Below are positions 27,561 to 37,606 of a stretch of DNA of 64,000 bases, piece by piece. The notes under the pieces are model-generated. The model was given only the letters and a program-made list of their open reading frames with translations. It was not told where the DNA came from and searched no databases. How positions within the stretch are numbered: the stretch's first letter is position 1; the number at the start of each line of letters is the position of its first letter. Origin of the DNA: Candidatus Bathyarchaeia archaeon (lineage in GTDB: Archaea; Thermoproteota; Bathyarchaeia; Bathyarchaeales; Bathycorpusculaceae); NCBI GenBank assembly GCA_037481775.1, contig JBBFKZ010000003.1:81826-145825 (forward strand), given 5' to 3'. A program made the translations under genes and the position numbers.

Positions 27561-28922
27561 TTAGAGATTTAAGCAGAAGCCAAAAATGCTTAGTTCAATC
27601 CATAAAACCAGCGATGCCGCTGACACTTCAACTATGGATAAGATGGAACCCACCTTCAAGTAGTCTCTTAGGCCTATTCCAACGCCTTTGCGCCTCATTG
27701 TCTCCAGCCACATAAGAATAGCCAAAGAGCCCAACGGGAAAAAGTGTGGGCCAAGATTGTTCCCGATGATGTTGGAGAAAATCAGTCCAGTTAACGCTTG
27801 CCCGCTTAAGCCAGCAGTCGCCATTGCTTGGCGTATAGCCATTAACCCGAGAATTGTCATCGGCCAGTTGTTCATGAAGCTTGCGCCAACCGTCACCACC
27901 AAACTTGGGGCCAACACACTTAACAAGGATGGGAATGCACTGGTGGCTACGAGCGTGGAAGATAGAAGCTCAATAATGTATGCATTTCGTAAGCCTTGAA
28001 CGACGATGAAAATGCTGAGCATGAAGAGCACGATGTCCCAGTTGATTTCTTTCGCCAATGCCAGAATGCCTTTTCGTTCACCCTTGAAAGAGGATATCCC
28101 GCGTAGAGACATCCAATAAACAGTCAGAAGGAACAATGCGCCTGAGCAGATTACTATGGAAACGGGAACTCTGTTCCATGAGGCCAAAACGTAGCCAACA
28201 TCAATAGCAATTAACGTGGCAATACTTATTTTCAACAGGTTAGGCGTAATGGGCTGTGTGCCATTAGACAAGATATTCGCAAGTTCCCTGTCATATTTCT
28301 TCGGAATTTTCTTTCTAAAGAAAACATAAACCAGTAACAGGCTGCTTGCGATAGTTACCACGGCAACTGGAGCCATGAAAACTAAATGGTCAACAAAACT
28401 GTACTTGAAGAAATCTGCGCTCACAATGTTAATCGGATTACTCGTGATAAGCGGCATTGCCGCAGTGTCCGCAATCAGCCCCGCAGAAAAGAGATACGCC
28501 AACCGCCCGTCTGAGTCAATCTTTAACTGGCTGATAATCTCAAGAACGATGGGTGTGAGAATTAGCACGGCGCTGTCGTTGGCAAACAGTATGCTCACTG
28601 CAGCCGTTAACAGCGACACATAGAAGTAGAGCCGCACTCCGCTTCCACGTGCCAGTTTCACCACCTGCAACGCAGCCCACTTGAAAAAGCCCATCGCGTC
28701 TAACACCACTGAAAAGGCGACTATTCCGATAAACGCTAAAGCCGCGTCCCAAATCTCCATAAACGCCTGCGCCGCCTCGCTCAGAGATACCGTGCCGAGC
28801 AGCAGCGATGCAGCAGCGCCGACGCCGGCGGCATAGCCCAGTTTTAAACCGCGTGGGCGCTTAATCATCAAAAAGAGCGTAACCACGAAGACGCCGAGCG
28901 CCGCCACACCCAAGTGATCCAT
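27561..28922 (-). CDS. arsB: ArsB/NhaD-family anion (arsenite) permease
   Basis: FANDSAVLILTP, DTAAMPLITSNPINI, MNNWP, GSLAILMW. Confidence 0.75.
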   Translation of the reverse strand: MDHLGVAALGVFVVTLFLMIKRPRGLKLGYAAGVGAAASLLLGTVSLSEAAQAFMEIWDAALAFIGIVAFSVVLDAMGFFKWAALQVVKLARGSGVRLYFYVSLLTAAVSILFANDSAVLILTPIVLEIISQLKIDSDGRLAYLFSAGLIADTAAMPLITSNPINIVSADFFKYSFVDHLVFMAPVAVVTIASSLLLVYVFFRKKIPKKYDRELANILSNGTQPITPNLLKISIATLIAIDVGYVLASWNRVPVSIVICSGALFLLTVYWMSLRGISSFKGERKGILALAKEINWDIVLFMLSIFIVVQGLRNAYIIELLSSTLVATSAFPSLLSVLAPSLVVTVGASFMNNWPMTILGLMAIRQAMATAGLSGQALTGLIFSNIIGNNLGPHFFPLGSLAILMWLETMRRKGVGIGLRDYLKVGSILSIVEVSAASLVLWIELSIFGFCLNL

Positions 28923-29288
28923 GAATTAGGTCCCATACCCCGTTTTATTTGGAAAGAAGCGCTTTCATCAGATATAAAAGAATAACGTGGAGAACAGCGG
29001 AAACAATAATGAAGACTGCTTTTGGTGCTTCAACGTAAGCCCTAATCAGCGACAGCACCATGTTGCTGCCAGCAATTTTAGAACGGCAAAGTTCCTGTAG
29101 CACACAGCAAGCTTCATCAGCCGAAAAAGAATGAAGTTTTGAGGCGGCGCAAAATGATAGCATTTTTCGGCGCTAGAAAAGTTTAACTGTCAAGCAAGCA
29201 TTTGCTAATTCGGAAAAATTATCAGCAGAAGATTTGGAAAAACAAAGCTGACAAGAAGGCATGAAGCGAAGCGAGGTGAACAATAAGC

Positions 29289-29564
29289 ATGGTGGACGTG
29301 ATAGTTGATGTGTCTGAACTTAAAGATGAAGGAAAAGAAGTGATTCAAGCGCTTGTCTCATTCATGAAGGAGAAAACAGCAGCAGAGGTCACTAATGAAG
29401 CAAACAAGATTACAGTCAAAACCCAAGCGGTTTCCAAAAAGCACTTGCGAGTGCTTGTGAAAAGATTCTTGCACAAGCAAGGACTGAATGACTACTTCAG
29501 AGTCATAAGTAGCAAAGAAAACACGTTGAAGATTAAAGAAAGAAAACTCGGAGAAGAAGACTAA
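29289..29564 (+). CDS. rpl22e: Ribosomal protein eL22 (L22e) homologue
   Basis: SKKHLRVLVKRFLHKQGLNDYFRVIS parallels eukaryotic SKRYLKYLTKKYLKK..LRDWLRVV; GAGGTGA upstream. Confidence 0.75.
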   Translation: MVDVIVDVSELKDEGKEVIQALVSFMKEKTAAEVTNEANKITVKTQAVSKKHLRVLVKRFLHKQGLNDYFRVISSKENTLKIKERKLGEED

Positions 29565-29851
29565 AACACATCTGCAAGACAAGCGCATCCCCTTTTCCAT
29601 TTAGAAAACGGTCATGTTTTTGAGTAGCTTCAGTTGACTGAGCATATAAACCTCAACGTAACGGCTCAACGCAGCGTGCACACCCTTTACTTTTTTTAAA
29701 AGGCAAGTAGCAGTTGATTTTCTGCTGCCGTGATAGACCCTCTATAGATTTCTGCACAGAATTGCTATACCTCTATTCGCATGCAGAAACTAGTAGAAGG
29801 ATAAAAAAAAAGGCAAATTCTGCCAAGCAGTGGAAACGGAAAAACAAGTAG

Positions 29852-30187
29852 CTAACCTTTTAGTTTGTTGTGGAAGCAGGTTTCGTTTCCCGTGTGGCAT
29901 GCGGGTCCTTTCTGCTCTACAACAAAGAGCAATGTGTCGTAGTCGCAGTCTACGAGGATGTCTTTGATTTTCTGCGTGTGCCCCGAGGTTTCGCCCTTCA
30001 TCCACAGCTGGTTTCGCGAGCGGCTCCAGTAATGCGCGTAGCCCGTGCTCAGTGTTTTCTCAAGCGCTTCGCTGTTGGTGTATGCCAGCATAAGCACAGC
30101 TTTTGACGTGGCGTCTTGCACAACCACGGGGATGAGTCCGCCGCCCTTTGCAAAATCCAGCTTTTTAAGCAATTCTTCATTTACCAC
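29852..30187 (-). CDS. hisI: Phosphoribosyl-AMP cyclohydrolase
   Basis: [28 protein letters not shown]. Confidence 0.95.
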   Translation of the reverse strand: MVNEELLKKLDFAKGGGLIPVVVQDATSKAVLMLAYTNSEALEKTLSTGYAHYWSRSRNQLWMKGETSGHTQKIKDILVDCDYDTLLFVVEQKGPACHTGNETCFHNKLKG

Positions 30188-30987
30188 GGTCTCACATTCA
30201 CCCCCTGCCTACGCAGATAGCCCTTTACAACTGGAACAGGATACTTGTTATAATGGAAGACAGAGGCAGCCAACGCTGCATCAGCCTTCCCATCCGTGAA
30301 AACTTGAAGGAAATGCTCCGGTTTTCCTGCGCCTCCGCTTGCGATGACTGGAACATTAACTTTCTCCGAAATCGTGCGTGTTAACTCTATGTCGTAGCCG
30401 TCTTCTGTGCCATCCCTGTCCATCGAGGTTACGAGAAACTCGCCTGCGCCTAGCTGCTCAGCCTGCAGCGCCCACTCGACGGCGTCTATCCCTGTGGGTC
30501 TTCGTCCTCCATAGGTGTAAACCTCAAACCAGACGGGCCCCTCGCTTGTTTCGACCGTTACCCTATCCGCCTGCCGCCCGCTTCTACGTTTGGCGTCGAT
30601 GGCTACCACAACGCACTGTTGCCCAAACACTTCAGCCAGCTCAGTTATTAACCGCGGGTTTTCGACAGCAGCCGTGTTCACCGAGACCTTGTCTGCGCCG
30701 CTGCAGAGAATCAGCCGAGCGTCGGCGACGCTACGGATTCCGCCGCCGACGGTGAAGGGAATGTTTATCGCTTTCGCCACGCCCTCCACGACGCCACGCA
30801 AGATGTCTCTTTTTTCCGCGGATGCAGTGATGTCAAGGAAAACCAGCTCGTCAGCGCCCTCGTCTGAGTAGCGCTTCGCCAACTCCACTGGGTCGCCTGC
30901 CTTCTTCAGGTTTACGAAGTTGATTCCCTTAACCACTTTGCCATGGTCAACATCCAAGCATGGAATTATCCGCTTCGCCAACGTCAT
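30181..30987 (-). CDS. hisF: Imidazole glycerol phosphate synthase, cyclase subunit
   Basis: [25 protein letters not shown]. Confidence 0.97.
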   Translation of the reverse strand: MTLAKRIIPCLDVDHGKVVKGINFVNLKKAGDPVELAKRYSDEGADELVFLDITASAEKRDILRGVVEGVAKAINIPFTVGGGIRSVADARLILCSGADKVSVNTAAVENPRLITELAEVFGQQCVVVAIDAKRRSGRQADRVTVETSEGPVWFEVYTYGGRRPTGIDAVEWALQAEQLGAGEFLVTSMDRDGTEDGYDIELTRTISEKVNVPVIASGGAGKPEHFLQVFTDGKADAALAASVFHYNKYPVPVVKGYLRRQGVNVRPW

Positions 30988-30993
30988 AGCTTC

Positions 30994-31719
30994 TCAAGCT
31001 TCTCCTATGCTGTTTAATGCCTCTTTCAAAGTGAAGCTGCCCTCGTAAAGAGCCTTACCAATAACCACGCCCGCCACGCCTATACGTTTCAGCGCTATTA
31101 AATCATTTAAGCTGCCTATTCCGCCAGCAGCGATTATCTCCACATCCGACTGTGCGCATGCTTCCTGTAGCGTTTCAAGGTCTGGACCTGAAAGGGTGCC
31201 ATCCCGAGTTATGGAAGTTATGAGGAATACGCGAACGCCTAACGCGGTGAACTTTTCCATTGTTTCCTGCAGGCACGTCGCTGCCTCTGTTTGCCAGCCC
31301 GCCACCATTATTTTTCCATCTCTATTATCCAAGGCTACAATCACGGCTTCTGCGCCGAATTCCCGCTGAATCTGCGTTATCGCCGATGGATCGGTGAATG
31401 CCAACGCGCCGAGGATCACTTGTTTTATTCCCAGCTTTAGCAGCCTTCGTGCAGTTTCGAGGCTGCGGATTCCGCCGCCAACCTGGATAGGCAAATTCAC
31501 ACTTTTCGCGATTTCCGCGATAACAGCCAAGTTGTCTCCAAAGCCGAAAGCCGCGTCTAAATCTATAATATGCAGCTTCCCAGCGCCTTCTGCACTCCAT
31601 TTCTTCGCAGTTTCCACAGGCCCGCCGAACTGATCGTACACCTTCGCTGTTTTCGGATCGCCCCGTGTCAACCTAACAATTTTGCCGTTCATCAAGTCAA
31701 TAGCTGGAATCAACTGCAA
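30994..31719 (-). CDS. hisA: ProFAR isomerase
   Basis: IPAIDL, QVGGGIR, RDGTLSG. Confidence 0.95.
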   Translation of the reverse strand: MQLIPAIDLMNGKIVRLTRGDPKTAKVYDQFGGPVETAKKWSAEGAGKLHIIDLDAAFGFGDNLAVIAEIAKSVNLPIQVGGGIRSLETARRLLKLGIKQVILGALAFTDPSAITQIQREFGAEAVIVALDNRDGKIMVAGWQTEAATCLQETMEKFTALGVRVFLITSITRDGTLSGPDLETLQEACAQSDVEIIAAGGIGSLNDLIALKRIGVAGVVIGKALYEGSFTLKEALNSIGEA

Positions 31720-31727
31720 CTACCGCA

Positions 31728-32336
31728 TCACCTTTTCACTAACTTAGCAAAGTTCTCAAGAATCTTCAAGCCCACGCTACCTGATTTTTCAGGGTGAAAC
31801 TGCGTACCGTACACATTTTTGCTTGCGACCGCGGAAGCGAACGCAGCGCCGTAGTCTGTTTCAGCCGCGACAATGGCCTTGTCAGCGGGAACAGGATAAA
31901 GCGAGTGCACAAAATACACGTAAACTCCGTCGGCAACCCCATCAAATAGCTCGTTAGGCTTGACTATGTGCAGTGTATTCCAGCCCATGTGCGGCACCTT
32001 CACTTGACCACGTAACCGGACGGTTTTTCCCTTGAAAAGCGCCAAGCCCCTTCCAGGGCCCTCCTCGCTTTCCTCGAAGAAAAGCTGCAGCCCCAAGCAT
32101 ATTCCAAGAACGGGTTTGCCGCGTTCCACCGCGGCCAGCAACGTCTCTTTTACAGCCTCAAGTTTGGCGACAGCAGCAGAAAAGTTTCCAACACCGGGTA
32201 ACGCGACGGCATCTGCATCGCGTAAATCAAGCGCTGACTCAGTGATTTTCGCTTTTAATCCTACCTTTTCCAAAGCGCACTTTAGGCTTAGAAGGTTTCC
32301 AACACCATAATCAAATATCGCTACTTGAGCCATCAA
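31728..32336 (-). CDS. hisH: IGP synthase glutaminase subunit
   Basis: DYGVGN, GICLG, PHMGWN, QFHPEKS. Confidence 0.97.
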   Translation of the reverse strand: MMAQVAIFDYGVGNLLSLKCALEKVGLKAKITESALDLRDADAVALPGVGNFSAAVAKLEAVKETLLAAVERGKPVLGICLGLQLFFEESEEGPGRGLALFKGKTVRLRGQVKVPHMGWNTLHIVKPNELFDGVADGVYVYFVHSLYPVPADKAIVAAETDYGAAFASAVASKNVYGTQFHPEKSGSVGLKILENFAKLVKR

Positions 32337-32908
32337 ATTACTCCCTTGGAGCTTGGCACACCCTTACGTCTGGGGTCAACAGCCACTGCTTGCCTCAGCG
32401 CCAGCGCCAACGCTTTAACCGCCGCCTCAGCCTTGTGGTGATCGTTGCTGCCGTACTGAACGAATACGTGAACGTTCGCGCAGAGCGAAGTAGCCAACGA
32501 CTCGAAAAAGTGGTTAATGTCTTCTGTGGGCATGTCCTCGATTTTCTTGCCGCGAAGTTTCAAGTCAACCTTGAAGTAGGGGCGCTTCACGAGGTCAACG
32601 GCGGCGAAAGCTAAAGAGCAGTCCATGGGCGCTGCTGCGTAGCCGAAGCGCACTATGCCTTCGCGTGTGCCTAACGCCTTGTTCAGCGCGTCGCCTAGGC
32701 CGATGGCGAGGTCTTCAACCGAGTGGTGCCGCAAGTCGCCTTTAACCTTGGCGGTTATGTCTATCAGGCTGTGCGTTGCCAACGAAGTAAGCAGGTGGTC
32801 GAGAAATGCCACGCCAGTATCAACAGCGGCTTTTCCTTCGCCGTCAAGATTTACGCTTACTTGAACTTCGGTTTCCTTAGTTTTTCTATAAACTTCCTCT
32901 CTCCTCAT
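32333..32908 (-). CDS. hisB: Imidazoleglycerol-phosphate dehydratase
   Basis: HHSVED, NDHHKAEA, PSSKG. Confidence 0.95.
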   Translation of the reverse strand: MRREEVYRKTKETEVQVSVNLDGEGKAAVDTGVAFLDHLLTSLATHSLIDITAKVKGDLRHHSVEDLAIGLGDALNKALGTREGIVRFGYAAAPMDCSLAFAAVDLVKRPYFKVDLKLRGKKIEDMPTEDINHFFESLATSLCANVHVFVQYGSNDHHKAEAAVKALALALRQAVAVDPRRKGVPSSKGVI

Positions 32909-34026
32909 ACACTTTCACCCAAGCACTCTTTTAACGCGTTAAGGAGTTTAACGTTCATTTCAGGCAAGCCTACTGTGGCTCTGAGACAGTTCTCGTACGT
33001 CAATAGGCGCCCAAGTTTCTTGACTATTATGCCTCTCCTCAGCAGATCAACGTAAACATCCCCGTATGGCTTGCTTGTGTTGAGGAGCACAAAGTTTGCC
33101 TGCGAATCGAACGCCTCCACACCTCTTATCTCGTTCAGCCTGCTTATCAGTTTTCTCCGCTCATCCTTCAACGCGGCAACAGCCTCCTGTACTGTGCCAA
33201 TGTTCTCCAGCAGTTTGCGGCCCATAGTCAACGATACAATGTTTATTGCGTAAGGCGCAGGAATCTTGTTAATAGCTTTCGCCAGCGCCGGGTTAGCCAC
33301 TGCATAGCCGAGTCGAAGCCCAGCCAAGCCGAAAGCCTTCGAGAACGTGCGCAGAACCACAAGGTTCTCGTACTTTTCTATAAGTGGAATAACCGAGTAA
33401 TCCGCGTATTCTCCATAAGCTTCATCAATCATTACTAAACCCGGAAAATCCTCAATTAAAGCCTCAATCTCTTCAAGGGCAAACTGGTTTCCAGTAGGGT
33501 TGTTCGGCGAGCACAAGTATAGCATTCTTGTTTCAGTGGTGAAGGCAGCGCGTAATCCGTCAACATCAAGCGCGAAGTCTTTCCGAAGCGGCACAGCCGC
33601 ATATTCAGCGCCGTTGTATTTCACGCAGTAACGGAACACGCTGAAAGTTGGCGTAAAAGTCACAGCAACAGCGCCTTTCTCCAAGAATAGCCGCGTAACT
33701 CGGTCCATTACCTCGTCGCTGGAGTTGCCTACGGCAATGCACTCGGGTTGCAATTGGAGGTACTTGGCTATGGCTTCGCGTAGCTGCTCTTCCTCCTCCT
33801 GCGGATAAAGCCTTAAATCGCATTCGTCTGCCACCTCCTTCAAAAGCTCGGCAATTTTTTCCCTGGGGATGTATAGGTTTTCATTGAAATTCAGCTTGAT
33901 GATGTCGGCAGGCGAAAGCGCATACTCCTTTGCCACGCTTTCTATGGTTTTTTCAGGAGCGTAGCTTTCTAAGGCTTCTATTTTCGCCAGCTTGCTTTCC
34001 AGCCACTTCCTACCTTTCGCGTTCAT
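32905..34026 (-). CDS. hisC: Histidinol-phosphate aminotransferase
   Basis: CSPNNPTG, DEAY, RTFSKAFGLAGLRLGY. Confidence 0.95.
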   Translation of the reverse strand: MNAKGRKWLESKLAKIEALESYAPEKTIESVAKEYALSPADIIKLNFNENLYIPREKIAELLKEVADECDLRLYPQEEEEQLREAIAKYLQLQPECIAVGNSSDEVMDRVTRLFLEKGAVAVTFTPTFSVFRYCVKYNGAEYAAVPLRKDFALDVDGLRAAFTTETRMLYLCSPNNPTGNQFALEEIEALIEDFPGLVMIDEAYGEYADYSVIPLIEKYENLVVLRTFSKAFGLAGLRLGYAVANPALAKAINKIPAPYAINIVSLTMGRKLLENIGTVQEAVAALKDERRKLISRLNEIRGVEAFDSQANFVLLNTSKPYGDVYVDLLRRGIIVKKLGRLLTYENCLRATVGLPEMNVKLLNALKECLGESV

Positions 34027-35327
34027 TTTTCCAGTCTCGCTTCGAGAGCTTTATAGTGATTGGGAAGGTTTTCTGCTTCAGTTATGACCTTCACAAGCGC
34101 TTGCGCACGTTGCAGTCCTTCCCTTGAGCATTCAACAATGTTTACTCTTCTTACGAAATCAAGCGCTGACAAACCTGAAAAGGCGCTTCCGAAGCCGCCT
34201 GTGGGTAAAACATGATTTGTTCCGCTTGCATAATCGCTTAAGGCAACAGGGCTATAAGGGCCAATAAGGATTAATCCGGCTGACGTTATTCGCTCTGCTA
34301 TTTTCTCAGGTTCGCGGGTCATTATCTCTATGTGCTCGGGAGCAAAAACATTTGCCAGCTCAACGGCTTCAGCCATGTCTTTACAGGTTATTATGAAGCC
34401 AAAATTCTCCAGCGCTTTAGTAACTACTTCGCGGCGTTCCGCTGCGGCAACTGATTTCTCCAGCCAAAACTGCACTTCCTTTGCAAGCCGCTCAGAAGTG
34501 GTTATCATCCCAGCAACGCTGTCCACGCCGTGTTCCGCCTGCGAAATCATGTCAAGAGCAATAAGCCGCGGGTTCGCCGTCTCATCAGCCAAAACGAGAA
34601 CCTCGCTGGGTCCTGCAGGCATGTCAACTGCAACATCCTTTGAAACCAAAATCTTCGCCGCTGTCACATACCTATTTCCTGGACCTACAATTTTCTTAAC
34701 CGGCTTAATTGTTTCTGTTCCATACGCCAAAGCAGCAATCGCTTGGGCGCCTCCAACCTTGTAGACTTCATTGACGCCGCAGATGTCCGCGGCAACAAGC
34801 ACCAGCGGGTTCACTTCATCCTTAGCGTTAGGCGGCGAACAAACCACTATCCTCGGCACACCAGCCACTTTTGCGGGCACTGCGGTCATGATCAGCGTGC
34901 TTGGATAAGCCGCTAGGCCGCCTGGGACATAGCAGCCTACGCTTTCGATTGGGCGCAGAACGCTTTGGATGATGATGCCGTCTTTGGAGGTTTTCAGGGG
35001 CACTTGCTTCAGCTTTAGGCTTTCGAATGCGCTAATTTTATCTTTCATCAGCTTAAGCGCGGAAACCTGTTCTTGGCTCACTGATTTATAGGCAGCTTCA
35101 ACTTCTGCTGGCTTGACGCTTAAGTCTTCGGCGTCTAAGCGAACTTTATCAAATTTTTCTGTTAACTCGACAAGCGCAGCGTCGCCTTCTTTTGTGACTT
35201 GGCTGATTATGGCTTTAACGGCGCTTTCAAGCTGCTCGTTTGCTGTATCATTCGGCACTTGCCTGCTGAACCAGCCCGCTGGAAGCGCAGTAGATTTCCA
35301 GAGTTTCACTGGCGCTCGGCTTCGCAC
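34023..35327 (-). CDS. hisD: Histidinol dehydrogenase
   Basis: GGAQAIAALAYG, GPSE, SQAEH, GTNHVLPT. Confidence 0.97.
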   Translation of the reverse strand: MRSRAPVKLWKSTALPAGWFSRQVPNDTANEQLESAVKAIISQVTKEGDAALVELTEKFDKVRLDAEDLSVKPAEVEAAYKSVSQEQVSALKLMKDKISAFESLKLKQVPLKTSKDGIIIQSVLRPIESVGCYVPGGLAAYPSTLIMTAVPAKVAGVPRIVVCSPPNAKDEVNPLVLVAADICGVNEVYKVGGAQAIAALAYGTETIKPVKKIVGPGNRYVTAAKILVSKDVAVDMPAGPSEVLVLADETANPRLIALDMISQAEHGVDSVAGMITTSERLAKEVQFWLEKSVAAAERREVVTKALENFGFIITCKDMAEAVELANVFAPEHIEIMTREPEKIAERITSAGLILIGPYSPVALSDYASGTNHVLPTGGFGSAFSGLSALDFVRRVNIVECSREGLQRAQALVKVITEAENLPNHYKALEARLEK

Positions 35328-36304
35328 CTGTTTTCTTCTCTCCTGCTTATCTCATCCAAAGCCAGCACTTGCCGTGGTTCATAAACAACAAGTCCCTGCG
35401 CAAGCTTGCGAATTTTAGGCAAGAGATCTATGAGGCAGTCTTTTTCGATTATCGTGTTAACGGAGCACCAGTTTTCATCCGCCAACGGCGCAATCGTGGG
35501 GTTCTTCAACGCGGGCAGCTCTGCGATTAGCTTCTTCAGGTTCTTTTTTTCCACGTTTACGAATATGTGAATGCGTTTGGCGCCGTCCACTACTCCCTTT
35601 AGTAGGGTTAGGATATCGTAGATTTTTTCTTTCTTCTGCACATCAGTTAGCGCTTTCTTGTTCGCTATGAGCACAGCTGAAGATTGCATTACCGTCTCGA
35701 TTATCTTCAAGTTGTTTGCGTCCAAGGTTGAACCAGTTTCGGTGACGTCGATTATGCAGTCAGCGTTTTCTGGAGGTTTGGCTTCTGTAGCGCCGAAAGA
35801 CAAGAATATTTTTGCCCGTGGGTTTTCACCTTTTCTCCACCATGGCGTTACTATAAGCGGCTCCGCGTCGCCGAAACGCTTCTTATAGGCAGGGTTATTT
35901 TTCACGTATGCCGCGGCAATGTTCAAGTATTCAGTGGATACCCGAAAGTTTTTTCCGCTGCTCCAAACATTCTCCATGAGCTCCGACAACGTGTTTGCAT
36001 TCGAACTCTTGGGTATAGCTACTACCAGCCGTATTTTTCCGTACTCCAAGTTCTGGAGCACTTCAACGTCCGCGCATGTTTCTTTAATCCAGTCTTGACC
36101 AGTGATGCCTACATCTTGCAAGCCTTCGCCGACGAAGACGGGAATCTCCTGCGGTCGAATGATTTTCAATTCGATTTTGGGATCATTGATTGTCGGGCGG
36201 TAAGTGCGGTCTTGACCAGAGATTTTGTATCCAGAGCGCTGCAGGATTTCAAAGGTTGCTTTGGCTAAAGAGCCGGCGGGTATGGCAAATCTTACTTTTT
36301 CCAT
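35306..36304 (-). CDS. hisG: ATP phosphoribosyltransferase (long form)
   Basis: RPQEIP, GATE, DVTETGSTL, C-terminal regulatory domain. Confidence 0.95.
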   Translation of the reverse strand: MEKVRFAIPAGSLAKATFEILQRSGYKISGQDRTYRPTINDPKIELKIIRPQEIPVFVGEGLQDVGITGQDWIKETCADVEVLQNLEYGKIRLVVAIPKSSNANTLSELMENVWSSGKNFRVSTEYLNIAAAYVKNNPAYKKRFGDAEPLIVTPWWRKGENPRAKIFLSFGATEAKPPENADCIIDVTETGSTLDANNLKIIETVMQSSAVLIANKKALTDVQKKEKIYDILTLLKGVVDGAKRIHIFVNVEKKNLKKLIAELPALKNPTIAPLADENWCSVNTIIEKDCLIDLLPKIRKLAQGLVVYEPRQVLALDEISRREENRCEAERQ

Positions 36305-36340
36305 TTTTTAATCACCTTCAATTTTTTGTTACAGTTATTA

Positions 36341-36491
36341 CTCCTAAACGAAATTAGGAGGCTTCTTGAAAAAACTATTCTTTTGAGGGATGCGCATAGT
36401 ATAGGGTACTTGCTTGTTTTTAGGCTAAAGATTTTTGGGCTGCTTCTGCTGCTAATGAATGCAACCGCCTTGTATGAACGCAATCCCTCAA
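36341..36491 (-). promoter_or_regulatory. Candidate structured leader of the his operon
   Basis: Inverted repeats 36383-36391/36483-36491 (9 bp, extendable) and 36341-36347/36354-36360 (7 bp). Confidence 0.35.
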
Positions 36492-36570
36492 CTTTATCAC
36501 TAAAGCGCACCATAAGCTAGTCAGTTCCTAATAAACCTATCCATCTGAAACGCAGCGAGCATTCTCGATG

Positions 36571-37164
36571 TTACTGAAGGGGTGGCGCTTTTTGCGGTTT
36601 TATTTCGAAAACTAGCGGAGGCACAGTGGTTTTAATGTCCAGCTTCACGTCGAATAGACCTTCCAGGATGCCTTGCCAAATTTCCACGTGGCTTATGAAA
36701 GGCATTTTTATGAGCAGATACTTGTCTTTTAGATAGAAGTCGCCGAACCCCTGAACTCTTAAGCGTTTGAAGATGCTTTCCCAATTTTCACGTTGCATCG
36801 CTTGAAGACCCAGGGTTGTTTCCATTGAGACTTTCAAGGCTTCACCCATTTTTACCCCGAGTTCACGCCACTTCTCTCTTGGAATATGCTGAAGTAAAAT
36901 ATTAAGTAACTCCACGTTAACGAAAGCGATGCGGCTTATGCCGCAGTAATATTCGCCGGGAAAGCGCCAATCATAAACCATCATGCTTCGGTAAACGTCA
37001 AGCATTTTGGATATGAGAGGTTTGATGCCTGGTTCTTTTCCCTCTTTTATAAGCGAGTCTACGAATTCTCTTTCTTCCTTATCTAGTATGATCGTTGTTC
37101 TTTTTGTCGGTTCCTCATCTTTTCCAACAATTTCCTCTAGTCGTTTTCTTTTATCATTCTGCAT
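36571..37164 (-). CDS. Hypothetical protein, possible RHH plus V4R-like regulator
   Basis: Clean ORF; KRTTIILD ribbon-like segment; G..MG and QGFG motifs. Confidence 0.6.
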   Translation of the reverse strand: MQNDKRKRLEEIVGKDEEPTKRTTIILDKEEREFVDSLIKEGKEPGIKPLISKMLDVYRSMMVYDWRFPGEYYCGISRIAFVNVELLNILLQHIPREKWRELGVKMGEALKVSMETTLGLQAMQRENWESIFKRLRVQGFGDFYLKDKYLLIKMPFISHVEIWQGILEGLFDVKLDIKTTVPPLVFEIKPQKAPPLQ

Positions 37165-37260
37165 ACTAATTATTCCTTCGTGAATATTTTATATGCTTTT
37201 CCAACTGTGCAAGAAAACCGAAGAAAATTTAATAGCTGCGGCTGCGGCTTTCTAGAAAAT

Positions 37261-37316
37261 GCCGATGAAGAATCCAAAATGCTGACTGTGATGATGCACC
37301 CTGGGGTATCTGAGGC
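37261..37316 (+). ncRNA. Box C/D guide sRNA
   Basis: GCC stem, C box ATGAAGA (37265), D' CTGA (37282), C' GTGATGA (37288), D CTGA (37310), GGC stem; AT-rich TATA-like element upstream. Confidence 0.75.
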
Positions 37317-37321
37317 AAAAC

Positions 37322-37564
37322 TTAGAATTCGACAATCTTCTTTTTGACAAGAAAGAGCAGCAGCAATAAGCCTGCTATGAATAAGATGAAGCCTGAAACC
37401 ACTGAGGCAACATAGTTCACGTTTAAAACGTCTGCGAGCATGTAGGAAACATATGTGGGACCTGCGAAAATAAGGAAAGTAGCAAAAATTATCAGAAAAA
37501 TTCTCATGAATTTTGAATTGACAACAGTGCCCTCCATGTTATTGCTTTCATCTTTCTCAATCAT
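37322..37564 (-). CDS. Small two-TM membrane protein
   Basis: Two hydrophobic helices; follows the PAC2 gene. Confidence 0.65.
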   Translation of the reverse strand: MIEKDESNNMEGTVVNSKFMRIFLIIFATFLIFAGPTYVSYMLADVLNVNYVASVVSGFILFIAGLLLLLFLVKKKIVEF

Positions 37565-37606
37565 TCTGAACCCTACTTTGCAAGTGTTTAGATTTAATGC
37601 TTTTTC

